Positions 11,066 to 20,804 of a DNA stretch of 64,000 nucleotides are shown one piece after another. The notes below the pieces were generated by a model that was given only the letters and a program-made list of their open reading frames with translations, had not been told where the DNA came from and made no database searches. The DNA lies in the NCBI GenBank assembly GCA_002500605.1, contig DLRR01000012.1:137265-201264 (forward strand), given 5' to 3'. Position 1 is the stretch's first letter, and each line of letters starts with the position of its first letter. The position numbers and the translations under genes are program-made. The DNA comes from Nitrospinaceae bacterium UBA7883. Lineage in GTDB: Bacteria; Nitrospinota_A; UBA7883.

Positions 11066-11278
11066 TTAAATACTCTCCTATTATCTACCTTGGTGTATTT
11101 TATCAATTATAAAAGCAATTTATTTTACTCCAGCAATATTACCCGGGCGGATTTTTATTTTATTATCGGTTAGATGTTGCTTTGTCTTAATCACTAATTC
11201 AAAGTCTAAAGGCCATAAAAGACTCACAACCTGATAGTATTGTTAGCCACAAAACTAAATTTTATTGGATTTTCTTAG

Positions 11279-14200
11279 ATGTTATCCCTCTTGGATCTTT
11301 TAAATAATATTTCTACGTCTGGCTCCTATCATCACGTAGAGTGTAACGGGTTAACTTTAACAGCTAAAGGTTTACTTACCGAGTCAATACCGAGGTTTAT
11401 TAACAAGCCAATTGTTGTTTTCTGCGACAAGGCCTCAAAAGCCGAAGAATTTGTCGATATTCTTAACTTCTTTAATTCGAGTAAAAACCCCAACCCGATG
11501 AGGCAGATCATTTATTTCCCGCCGTGGGAAATACTGCCTTTTGAAGAAATTTCACCACACCCTGAAATAACAAAACAAAGAGTTAGCACACTGTCAACAT
11601 TGTTGAATTGTGACAGTCATTTTACTCTTGTTACTTCAATTGAAGCCGTTGCAAGAAAAATAGTGCCAAATGATGTGATCATAGATTCGCTATTAGGCAT
11701 CAGTGTGGGCGATAGCCTAGATACAGAAGTTTTAGCAGACCATCTAATTTCTACCGGATATAGAAGGTCTGAGACTGTTTGCGAGAGGGGTGAATTTTCT
11801 ATCCGTGGCAACATAGTAGATATATTTGGTGGGGCAACTGAAATACCGTACAGAATAGAATTATTGGCAGACGAAGTGGAATCGCTGCGACTCTTCGATC
11901 CCAATACGCAACGGTCTACCGATGCCATAAACAATATAAAAATTATCCCACACAGGGAAGTCTTTTACAGAGGTTGTAACCAGAAGAACCTTGCGGAAGC
12001 TTATTTAAAAATTACAAGTAATACGAGTAATATTAATAAAGAAAATCACAATAGAGAAAGAATATTCAATTTAATTGAGTCTGCTGCTTTTTTCAAGGGC
12101 ATGGAGTCTTTGATGCCTTTATTTTTCCATGAGCCGGGAACACTGTTTGATTATCTGCCCAATAGTTGTGCCTTCATCATTGACGAACCAGAGGCCGTCA
12201 CAAAACATCTAGAGGAATTTATGGGGCTAGCCAAAGAAAGGTATATTTCATTTACAAAGAGTGGCAATGGTAACCTTGAATTCGAAAAACTTTTCATGCC
12301 TTTGTACAGCTTAAAAAGTCAACTCGATAAAAAAACAATAATTCGCATGCGGGAACTTCCAGTAAGTTCTAAGGATAATGGATCTTTAACTGTGTCAAGC
12401 CATACTCCAGATCAGTATAAAGGTAACTTAAAAAAGTTCTTAGGTGACCTAAAGACTATGCTAACCGCCAGCAACTGGGTCATTTTGATCACTAGCACAG
12501 AAACAGGGGCCAAACGACTTTCTCGGTTACTCACAGAGAACAACTTAAGTGCCAGAATAATTAGTAAAAATGAATTGTCCCTTCTTATGCCGAGCATGCT
12601 CAAATCACAACCAGCTCCATTGAAAGGCAACCTGCTAATTGTCATCGGCTCTTTGCCAGAAGGCATGGTCATACCGAGTGACAAGTTGTCCTTTATAACA
12701 GAATATGAAATATTCGGCCGTGCACGATACATTCGTCACCGCAAAAAACCAGAAAACAAGCCATTTAACTCTGGAACAACAAACCTAGAACCAGGAAATT
12801 TAGTGGTACATAAAACTCATGGTGTGGGCAGGTATGTTGGAGCCAATGAAATGGTAATAGCTGGCTCCAACGAAGAGTATATGGAGATTGAATACGCAGA
12901 AACGCAAAAGCTTTATGTTCCTCTAAGAGACCTTTATTTGCTCACAAAGTTTATTGGTAGCAGAGATGGAAAGCCGCCATTAGATAAAATGGGTGGCACC
13001 ACTTGGAAAAAAACCAAGACTAAGGTCAAGAATAGTTTGTTACATATGGCCAAAGAACTTTTAACGATCTACGCAACTCGGGAACTTGCAGGGGGACATT
13101 CTTTCAGCCTTGATAGTACATTCCACAACGAGTTTAGAGAAACTTTTGAGTTTGAAGAAACGGAAGATCAATTGTCCGCTATAATGGCCGTGGCATCTGA
13201 CATGGAAAGCTCCAGACCTATGGATCGATTAGTGTGCGGTGATGTTGGTTACGGGAAGACCGAAGTTGCCATGAGAGCAGTGTTTAAATCAGTCTTTGAT
13301 GGAAAGCAGGCTGCTGTTCTAGTTCCAACCACTTTACTAGCTCAGCAACACTACCATACTTTCTCTGAGCGGTTTAAATCGTTTCCTGTAAAAATTCAAT
13401 CTCTAAGTCGATTTAAATCACGTCAGGAGCAAAAAGAAATTATAGAGCAAACAACAACTGGTGAAGTTGATGTGCTTATTGGCACACACCGCCTCTTACA
13501 AAGGGATATCAACTTCAATAATCTCGGGCTAATCGTAATAGACGAAGAACAACGGTTTGGCGTAAAACACAAAGAAAAATTGAGAAATATTAGGCAAAGT
13601 GTTGACGTACTAACAATGACAGCCACTCCTATTCCAAGAACCCTTCAAACAGCTCTGCTTGGCATCCGTGACCTTTCTGTTATTGAAACGCCGCCGCCAG
13701 GCCGCCTCTCTATTCAAACATTTATATGCAAGTTTTCGGAAGACATAATAAAAGAAGCCATGCTGCGAGAGCTAGACCGTGGCGGGCAAGTTTTTTTTCT
13801 GCACAATAATATCAAATCTATTTATTCCATCGCGAGTTTATTAAAGAAGCTTGTTCCTCAGTCCAGAATTGCTGTGGCCCATGGCCAGATGCAAGAAAGG
13901 GAATTGGAGTCAGTTATGGTAGATTTCATAGACCAAAAATATGATGTGCTTGTCTGTACAACCATAATAGACTCTGGTTTGGATATTGCTTCTACAAACA
14001 CTATTCTGATAAACAGGGCTGACCGCTTTGGGTTAGCGCAACTTTACCAGCTCCGCGGAAGGATTGGCAGAGATAAGCACAGAGCTTATTGCTATCTTCT
14101 TATACCAGGGTTAGCATCCATGACTGTTCAAGCACAAAAAAGGTTAAAAGCAATCGAAGAGCTTAGCGAGCTAGGCAGCGGATTTAAGCTTGCAGCCAAA

Positions 14201-14782
14201 GATATGGAAATACGTGGTAGTGGTAATCTGCTCGGACCAGAGCAATCCGGCCAAATAAATGCCGTTGGGTTTGACACTTATTGCGACATGCTAGAAGAAT
14301 GCATAAGTGAACTCAAAGGCGACCCCACAAAACAGCAGATTGAAATGGATTTCAATCTAAATCTTGTAGGTCGAATTCCACCAACATACATATCAGAGTT
14401 GGCACAAAGAATAGAATTGTACAACCGACTTCACACTACCAACACAATAAATGAGCTTTCCGACTTGTCGATAGAGATGAAGGATCGTTTCGGACCAATT
14501 CCAGAAGAAGCTGAAAAGTTGTTAGCTGCTCTTAATGTTAAGATCCTTGTGTCTTCAATTGGGGTGGAAAAAGTTGATGTGGTTGGATCGAAGACTTTTC
14601 TAACCTTTAGTCCATCTACCACTGTCACACCAGAACAGCTTATCAATGCATCGCAAATTTCAGACAGCAAATTTAGTTTCGTTTCAGAAAACATGGTGGA
14701 GTTGAGGCTCATTGACGACAACTGGAAAAGTCGACTTTATTCATTAACCAAATTCTTGGAGTTTTTACTAGAAAAGCAATAG
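11279..14782 (+). CDS. mfd: Transcription-repair coupling factor
   Basis: UvrB-like N-terminus (GEFSIRGNIVDIF), VVHKTHGVG RID, GDVGYGKT, DEEQRFG, TATPIPRT, QLRGRIGR, TRG motif DMEIRGSG. Confidence 0.97.
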   Translation: MLSLLDLLNNISTSGSYHHVECNGLTLTAKGLLTESIPRFINKPIVVFCDKASKAEEFVDILNFFNSSKNPNPMRQIIYFPPWEILPFEEISPHPEITKQRVSTLSTLLNCDSHFTLVTSIEAVARKIVPNDVIIDSLLGISVGDSLDTEVLADHLISTGYRRSETVCERGEFSIRGNIVDIFGGATEIPYRIELLADEVESLRLFDPNTQRSTDAINNIKIIPHREVFYRGCNQKNLAEAYLKITSNTSNINKENHNRERIFNLIESAAFFKGMESLMPLFFHEPGTLFDYLPNSCAFIIDEPEAVTKHLEEFMGLAKERYISFTKSGNGNLEFEKLFMPLYSLKSQLDKKTIIRMRELPVSSKDNGSLTVSSHTPDQYKGNLKKFLGDLKTMLTASNWVILITSTETGAKRLSRLLTENNLSARIISKNELSLLMPSMLKSQPAPLKGNLLIVIGSLPEGMVIPSDKLSFITEYEIFGRARYIRHRKKPENKPFNSGTTNLEPGNLVVHKTHGVGRYVGANEMVIAGSNEEYMEIEYAETQKLYVPLRDLYLLTKFIGSRDGKPPLDKMGGTTWKKTKTKVKNSLLHMAKELLTIYATRELAGGHSFSLDSTFHNEFRETFEFEETEDQLSAIMAVASDMESSRPMDRLVCGDVGYGKTEVAMRAVFKSVFDGKQAAVLVPTTLLAQQHYHTFSERFKSFPVKIQSLSRFKSRQEQKEIIEQTTTGEVDVLIGTHRLLQRDINFNNLGLIVIDEEQRFGVKHKEKLRNIRQSVDVLTMTATPIPRTLQTALLGIRDLSVIETPPPGRLSIQTFICKFSEDIIKEAMLRELDRGGQVFFLHNNIKSIYSIASLLKKLVPQSRIAVAHGQMQERELESVMVDFIDQKYDVLVCTTIIDSGLDIASTNTILINRADRFGLAQLYQLRGRIGRDKHRAYCYLLIPGLASMTVQAQKRLKAIEELSELGSGFKLAAKDMEIRGSGNLLGPEQSGQINAVGFDTYCDMLEECISELKGDPTKQQIEMDFNLNLVGRIPPTYISELAQRIELYNRLHTTNTINELSDLSIEMKDRFGPIPEEAEKLLAALNVKILVSSIGVEKVDVVGSKTFLTFSPSTTVTPEQLINASQISDSKFSFVSENMVELRLIDDNWKSRLYSLTKFLEFLLEKQ

Positions 14783-14916
14783 AATAATAAAAGCATATTA
14801 GACTAGAGTTCTAAGCGATTTGACTTACTACCAAATTATTAATAATTCCAGTGAATAACTATAGCCCAGGCAATAAGCTCAAGTGCAGACATTATTTTTG
14901 CTCAGGATAATCAATT

Positions 14917-15885
14917 ATGCAAAAAAAGCGTTTCATTTTTTACTTTCTCTTAATAGTAACCTTGCAAGCGACAGGATGCTTTAAAGACCAAGATAGAAGC
15001 AAATCGATTGTTGAACCAAAAAATGCAGCCCTTGCAATAATAGGCAACAGAACAATTACAGTTTCGGAGTTTGAACATGCTGTCGACAAATACAAACTTC
15101 TTCTTGAGGTTAGTGGTTTTGGGTTAAATCGAAGCACTGAAAACATCAGGCGAACAACCTTGAATAGGCTTGTGAATGAAAGAATTCTTTTGGAAGAGGC
15201 AGAGAATCACGGGATCACTGTCTCAAAGAAAGAGCTTGACCGCGAAATCAAATTGCTTCTAGACAAACACGATAAATCTAAACTTAATGTAACTCTTGGC
15301 AAGCTTGGATCTAATATTGACGAATGGAAAAAGATGCTTGAACAGAACATAAAGATTGAGAAACTAGTTAGTCAACAAGTAGACTCCAAAATAATAATCG
15401 ACAATACCGCGGAAAAAAACTTTTTCAGAAACAACCTGAACACTTTCCGACTTCCAGAGCGTATAAAGGCCAAACACATCTTAGTTGACAACAAGGTTAA
15501 AGCTTACAGTATAAGAAAAAAGCTATTAACAGGTGGTGACTTTGCTACAATAGCAAAAGAAAACTCACAAAACATAAGTGATTATGTTGACAGCTATAGT
15601 TATCTGGTGAGAGGTCAGATACCAATTGAGCTTGAAGATGTAGTGTTTCGCCTTAAAGTTGGGGAAATATCTAAGATAGTAAAGTCACAATATGGATTTC
15701 ACATAATTAAGCTTGTGAAATTAGAAAAGGCCCGGCTAATGAATTTTACCGAGGCACAGCCAAGGATAAAAAACTTTTTATTCAAGCAAAAACGTGAAAA
15801 GGAATTTAATAGTTGGCTAGAAAAGGTTCGATTAAATACAAAGGTAACCATAAACTGGGAATTGTTAAGTCTTGGCCCACAGTGA
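14917..15885 (+). CDS. SurA/PrsA-like chaperone with degenerate parvulin domain, probable lipoprotein
   Basis: ATGC lipobox, SurA-N helical region, KAKHILV and SQYGFHIIK; GGDLG motif absent. Confidence 0.82.
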   Translation: MQKKRFIFYFLLIVTLQATGCFKDQDRSKSIVEPKNAALAIIGNRTITVSEFEHAVDKYKLLLEVSGFGLNRSTENIRRTTLNRLVNERILLEEAENHGITVSKKELDREIKLLLDKHDKSKLNVTLGKLGSNIDEWKKMLEQNIKIEKLVSQQVDSKIIIDNTAEKNFFRNNLNTFRLPERIKAKHILVDNKVKAYSIRKKLLTGGDFATIAKENSQNISDYVDSYSYLVRGQIPIELEDVVFRLKVGEISKIVKSQYGFHIIKLVKLEKARLMNFTEAQPRIKNFLFKQKREKEFNSWLEKVRLNTKVTINWELLSLGPQ

Positions 15886-16838
15886 AAATTGTTTTGGCGT
15901 GGATAGTCTTAAGTATTTTCTCGAATGAACCAGCGGCATTGGCAAGTACTGAACAAATACTGGATCGAATTGTTGCAAATGTTAATGGTGAAATTATTCT
16001 ACTCTCTGATCTGCGCAAGGAAATAGCCAGTCTTCGTGATATGCAACGCAATGGTGCAAAAATAGACAGTTCAATGGTAACTGAAAGTGCTGTATTGCAG
16101 TCAATCATTGATGAAAGCATTATTGCTTTTCACGCGAAAGAACGAGAAATTAAGGTCAGTGCAATTGAAGTTGATCAAATGATTGAGGAAATCAAAGAGG
16201 AAAATGGTTTTTCGGATGAAGAGTTGATACATGCCCTTAAATCACAAAGCTCTTCAATACAACAATTGCGTAAAAACCTGAAACGCCGAAGGCTAGTAAA
16301 AAAAGTTATGAGTTATGAAATAACTCAGACTAATATCTCCGAAAATGAGATAAGACAATATTACATTAAAAACAAAGATAAGTTTACTAAAGTCGGCCGT
16401 ATCAGAGCTAAACATATAGTCATCCTGCTACCTAAGGAATCTGGAAAAACTAAGCATGCCGAAGTTAAAAAAACCATATATGAACTGCTTGCAAAAATAC
16501 AAAATGGTGGTAATTTTTCCGAAATTGCCAGTAAATATTCTCAAGATGGCTCAGCCAGCCTTGGTGGCGACTTGGGGTGGTTTAAGCCTGGTGATATGGT
16601 TCCCGAGTTCGAACAGATAGCATTTTCGTTGAAAGAGGGCGAATTAGGTGGACCAGTTAAAACTAAGTTTGGATACCACTTAATTTTAGTTACAAACCGC
16701 GAGAAACCAGAGTTGGTACCGTTGAAAGATGTATCGGCAAAAATAGAAAAAGAGCTATCCGCTGTCAAGTTTAACGATAACCGCCAAGAATGGATAGACC
16801 GCCTGCGCGAAGAAGCTTACATTGAGTTAATGCAATGA
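15882..16838 (+). CDS. surA: SurA-like peptidyl-prolyl cis-trans isomerase
   Basis: DRIVANVNGEIILLSD, RAKHI, SQD..GGDLGWF, FGYHLI; GTG at 15882 overlaps upstream TGA (GTGA), preferred over track start 15813. Confidence 0.85.
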   Translation: MKIVLAWIVLSIFSNEPAALASTEQILDRIVANVNGEIILLSDLRKEIASLRDMQRNGAKIDSSMVTESAVLQSIIDESIIAFHAKEREIKVSAIEVDQMIEEIKEENGFSDEELIHALKSQSSSIQQLRKNLKRRRLVKKVMSYEITQTNISENEIRQYYIKNKDKFTKVGRIRAKHIVILLPKESGKTKHAEVKKTIYELLAKIQNGGNFSEIASKYSQDGSASLGGDLGWFKPGDMVPEFEQIAFSLKEGELGGPVKTKFGYHLILVTNREKPELVPLKDVSAKIEKELSAVKFNDNRQEWIDRLREEAYIELMQ

Positions 16839-16883
16839 TCAAACTAGCTATTCCCACTTTGCAGCAAATAAGGAAAGTGTAAA

Positions 16884-17903
16884 ATGACCATAAAGGCATT
16901 AGGACTTTTGTCAGGAGGGCTGGACAGTCACTTGGCCACCCATATTATGCAAGACATGGGTTTCGATATTACTCTTCTAAACTTTTCTAGCCCTTTTTGT
17001 AATTGCACCAAAAAGAAAGCAAGTTGTAATAATGAGGCCAAAAAAATTGCCGATGAACTTGGAATGCCTTGTCAGGTTGAGTTTTTAGGACAAGAGTATC
17101 TGGACATTATCAGAAATCCAAAATTTGGCTACGGCAAAAACATGAACCCATGTATTGATTGCAGGGTTATGATTTTCAAGAGAGCTAAATCGAAGATGAA
17201 AAAGCTTGGGTCTGCATTCATCTTTACTGGAGAAGTGCTCGATCAACGCCCAATGTCACAAAACCTAACGAAGATGACTATGATTGAAAGGGAGTCAGGT
17301 TTAGAAGGCTATGTGGTAAGACCGCTCTCCGCAAAACTTCTACCACCTACAATACCGGAAAAAGAAGGCATTATTGACCGTGAAAAGATGCTCAGCATAC
17401 GAGGAAGAAGCAGAAAAGATCAGATCCAGTTGGGCCGTGATGAATACAGTTTACCGGAAGAAAGCCTATGTTCTTCTGGAGGGTGTTTGCTAACAGACCC
17501 AAATTTTGCGGTTCGTATCAGGGATCTAATGGAAAACAGCGTTGGTGCTACTGTGAAAGATACCCACTTTCTCAAAGTTGGTCGTCACTTCCGACTAACT
17601 AACAAGCTAAAAGTAGTAGTTGGCAGAAATCATGAAGAGAACAATAAACTGGAAAAAATGGCATCCAGTACAGATTTTTTGTTCTACCCTGATCATATCG
17701 GTATAAAGGGGCCATTGACTGTTATACAGGGTTTCTTTGATAAAGATACTATCAAGCAGATTGGAGGAATTTCCTCAAGTTATTGCTCTGGAACAGAAGG
17801 AAAACCAGTTAGAATGGTTTATAGAACAAAATCTGGTGCCAACAAGTGGTTTGTAATGGCTAAACCAGCTACAAAGGAAATGATTGAAAAATGGCGCATT
17901 TAG
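16884..17903 (+). CDS. ThiI/MnmA-like PP-loop ATP pyrophosphatase, putative tRNA sulfurtransferase (no THUMP domain)
   Basis: LLSGGLDS PP-loop, NPCIDCR, TGEVLDQRPMSQ, RPLSAKLL, GGCLLTD, KVGRHFR, VGRNHEEN. Confidence 0.8.
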   Translation: MTIKALGLLSGGLDSHLATHIMQDMGFDITLLNFSSPFCNCTKKKASCNNEAKKIADELGMPCQVEFLGQEYLDIIRNPKFGYGKNMNPCIDCRVMIFKRAKSKMKKLGSAFIFTGEVLDQRPMSQNLTKMTMIERESGLEGYVVRPLSAKLLPPTIPEKEGIIDREKMLSIRGRSRKDQIQLGRDEYSLPEESLCSSGGCLLTDPNFAVRIRDLMENSVGATVKDTHFLKVGRHFRLTNKLKVVVGRNHEENNKLEKMASSTDFLFYPDHIGIKGPLTVIQGFFDKDTIKQIGGISSSYCSGTEGKPVRMVYRTKSGANKWFVMAKPATKEMIEKWRI

Positions 17904-17936
17904 CTGATATGGTAAAATACAACTGGAGGGACTGAC

Positions 17937-19172
17937 ATGAATGAACCTCGCCGAGTCTATCTTGACAATAATGCAACAACCCCGGTACACCCAAAAGTAA
18001 TTGAGGCGATGCTCCCCTTTTTCAAAGATGGGTTTGGAAATCCATCATCGGGGCATGCTTATGGCCGTTTTGTAAAAAACAAAATAAGTGAATCCAGAGA
18101 GATTGTGGCCAATGCTATAGGAGCCGAACCATCAGAGATCATTTTTACTTCAGGAGGTACAGAAGCTGATAACATAGCAATTTGTGGTTCGGCGGCTGGA
18201 CATACTAAGAAAACTGACAGAACTCGGCTTGTTACCACCACTATTGAGCATCCTGCGGTTTTAGAGACAGTCAAACATTTAGCCAAAAATGGGTATGAAG
18301 CAAGGTATATGCCTGTGGATAATGAGGCTTTAGTAAACCCCGACTCACTTAACGATATGATCAACAATGAGACGGCTATAGTATCAGTAATGCATGCTAA
18401 CAATGAAGTGGGCACAATTCAGCCAATTCGTGAAATATCGGAAATAGCTAAAAGTTATGGGGCGTTAATGCATACAGACGCAGTTCAAACGTTTACAAAA
18501 ATACCAATTAACGTGGATGATGTTGGAGTTGATCTTCTTAGCTTATCCGGTCACAAGATAAACGGACCCAAAGGAATAGGTGCTCTATATATCCGAAAAG
18601 GGTCAAAAATAAAGCCAATAATTCATGGAGGGCACCATGAGTTCGGCCTTAGGGCTGGAACAGAAAATGTTGCGGGTATAATCGGTTTAGCAGAGGCTGT
18701 AAGAATAGGCATAGAGAATTTGGTTGAAGATGCAAATCATGCTCAAAAGATGCGAGACGAGCTCGAAAAACGAATTACTAAAACTATTCCATTTGTACGG
18801 CTGAACGGTCATAGAGAAAAGAGAATTCCAAATACTTTAAATATGTCCTTTGAATGCGTAGAAGGTGAGGCGCTGTTAATTAATCTAGATATGGCAGGAA
18901 TAGCCATATCAACTGGCTCAGCATGTAGTTCAGGTTCACTAGACCCTAGCCATGTGTTGTTAGCAATGGGTATCCCACACGAAATCGTTCATGGAAGCCT
19001 GAGGTTTTCGTTTGGTCCGACAAATACAATAGAGGATATAGACTATGTTATGACCCATCTGCCAAGGATCATAGATATGGTTCGCCAAATTTCTCCACTT
19101 TGGGACTCTGACAATGGCAAAGTTCTCACTGTGGAAGAAGCTGCGATTGGATCCTTACATGTGGGTCACTGA
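17937..19172 (+). CDS. nifS: Cysteine desulfurase (NifS/IscS group I)
   Basis: YLDNNATT, FTSGGTEADN, HANNEVG, SLSGHK (PLP lysine), GSACSSG catalytic Cys. Confidence 0.94.
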   Translation: MNEPRRVYLDNNATTPVHPKVIEAMLPFFKDGFGNPSSGHAYGRFVKNKISESREIVANAIGAEPSEIIFTSGGTEADNIAICGSAAGHTKKTDRTRLVTTTIEHPAVLETVKHLAKNGYEARYMPVDNEALVNPDSLNDMINNETAIVSVMHANNEVGTIQPIREISEIAKSYGALMHTDAVQTFTKIPINVDDVGVDLLSLSGHKINGPKGIGALYIRKGSKIKPIIHGGHHEFGLRAGTENVAGIIGLAEAVRIGIENLVEDANHAQKMRDELEKRITKTIPFVRLNGHREKRIPNTLNMSFECVEGEALLINLDMAGIAISTGSACSSGSLDPSHVLLAMGIPHEIVHGSLRFSFGPTNTIEDIDYVMTHLPRIIDMVRQISPLWDSDNGKVLTVEEAAIGSLHVGH

Positions 19173-19277
19173 TAACAAATTGGTAGATCTACTTCTTATC
19201 TATCTTGCTTGTAAAGTTTCAAGCGAGCATACCTTGCGGAATTCCAAGTTTCCAAGTACAACCTTTATTAAGTACTC

Positions 19278-19661
19278 TCAGTACCTCTTATCCAAGTAGT
19301 CTTGGACTATAGTTAAATGATCAAAAACTAGTAATGGCAACTGATCTTTGCCGAAGAGTCTAGCAGTTTTAGCATCCGAGCCAGCCTTAGGAGTTCCCGC
19401 AGCACTTGCAATAAATACAAGAGACACGTTGTGTTGCCTAGGATCGCGATTCGGGTTTGAGTACATGTGAAATTGTCTAATTAATTTCACATTTAGACCG
19501 GTTTCTTCTTTGGCCTCACGAATAGCAGCATCTTCAACTGACTCACCATAGTCGACATAGCCACCAGGTATGGCCCATCCATACGGTTCATTAATCCTTT
19601 CAATTAACACAATCTTCTTTTTAATTTCTATGATAATGTCTACAGTGACACTAGGATTCAT
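19278..19661 (-). CDS. NUDIX hydrolase (ADP-ribose pyrophosphatase-like)
   Basis: Nudix box [30 protein letters not shown]; in-frame CPKCG extension upstream (see findings). Confidence 0.9.
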   Translation of the reverse strand: MNPSVTVDIIIEIKKKIVLIERINEPYGWAIPGGYVDYGESVEDAAIREAKEETGLNVKLIRQFHMYSNPNRDPRQHNVSLVFIASAAGTPKAGSDAKTARLFGKDQLPLLVFDHLTIVQDYLDKRY

Positions 19662-19707
19662 ATATTTGACGACACTTGTGCCACATTTAGGGCAAACCGT
19701 TTTTTTT

Positions 19708-20787
19708 TCACACGGATTCTCTCAGTGCCCATAGGAAGCGATCATTGTCAGCAGGTTTTCCAATTGTCACTCGAAAAAAGTCACCTAATTTAGGCATGTT
19801 CTTAAACCACCGTACTCTGATACCATTATCCAACAACCCTTTATAGGTGCCACTAATATCAGATTTAATTTTCATTAATATAAAATTGGCCGATGATGGT
19901 ACTGGGTCCACTTTTTCCACAGTCTTCAAAATTTTGTATGCCCTATCGCGTTCATTTATGACCAAAGTTACCTGACTCATTATCTCATCCCAGCTTTTAA
20001 TGGCTTCAATTGCCACAGACTGGGTAACTGAGTTTATGTTATATGGTAACCGCACCTTGTTAATATGTTCCACTAAATTGATATCGCCAAGCATATAACC
20101 AAGGCGTATAGCAGCTAGACCAACTTTGGAAAGTGTTTTAAGTACAATAATATTTGGCAAAGATCTATAAATCTTATCAACGCTAAAGGGAGCGTAATCA
20201 ACATACGCTTCATCAATCACAACAATACCATTACAATTATTTGCAATGTGTTCAATCTGTTCAATAGAGTATTGCTTCCCTGTGGGGTTGTTTGGTGAAG
20301 CTATGAACACTACTTTCGGGTTTGATTTAGAAATGTTGTCCAGAAAAGAATCCATATTCAAAGTCCAATCCTCCTGGAGAGGGACCTCTACACAATCAGC
20401 TGAAAGAATCTTTGCTATGGAACTATACATAACGAAAGTTGGTGTAGGCATAAGCACGCTGTCGCCAGGGTTGCAGAAAGTTGAAATTATGGTTTGTATA
20501 ATTTCATCAGAGCCATTTCCAAACAAAATTTCGTTTGGTTCTGCTGCTTCTTTATTTGCCACAACTTCTCGCAAGGCGGTTCCATTTATATCTGGGTAGC
20601 GGTTAAGCTCGGTGCTGGCTATTATCTCGTAAAGTCGCTCCCCGAACTTTTCTGACAAGGAATAAGGAGACTCATTTGCATCTAATACAACTGGACATGG
20701 CACCTGTTCTACATGATAAGCTACAGTCTCTCTGATGTTAGGTCTAACAATGGATTGCACATCTTTGTAATCATTTTTCTTGTTCAT
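19708..20787 (-). CDS. hisC: Histidinol-phosphate aminotransferase
   Basis: [43 protein letters not shown]; follows hisD. Confidence 0.95.
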   Translation of the reverse strand: MNKKNDYKDVQSIVRPNIRETVAYHVEQVPCPVVLDANESPYSLSEKFGERLYEIIASTELNRYPDINGTALREVVANKEAAEPNEILFGNGSDEIIQTIISTFCNPGDSVLMPTPTFVMYSSIAKILSADCVEVPLQEDWTLNMDSFLDNISKSNPKVVFIASPNNPTGKQYSIEQIEHIANNCNGIVVIDEAYVDYAPFSVDKIYRSLPNIIVLKTLSKVGLAAIRLGYMLGDINLVEHINKVRLPYNINSVTQSVAIEAIKSWDEIMSQVTLVINERDRAYKILKTVEKVDPVPSSANFILMKIKSDISGTYKGLLDNGIRVRWFKNMPKLGDFFRVTIGKPADNDRFLWALRESV

Positions 20788-20804
20788 TGTATTCGTAGTA
20801 TAGC

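Noticed and set aside
15813-15881. N-terminal extension of second SurA-like ORF
   Set aside because: Overlaps the upstream gene; GTG at 15882 gives coupling and a plausible signal peptide
19160-19299. Possible Sec readthrough of nifS TGA
   Set aside because: TGA is followed immediately by TAA; no SECIS-like hairpin evident
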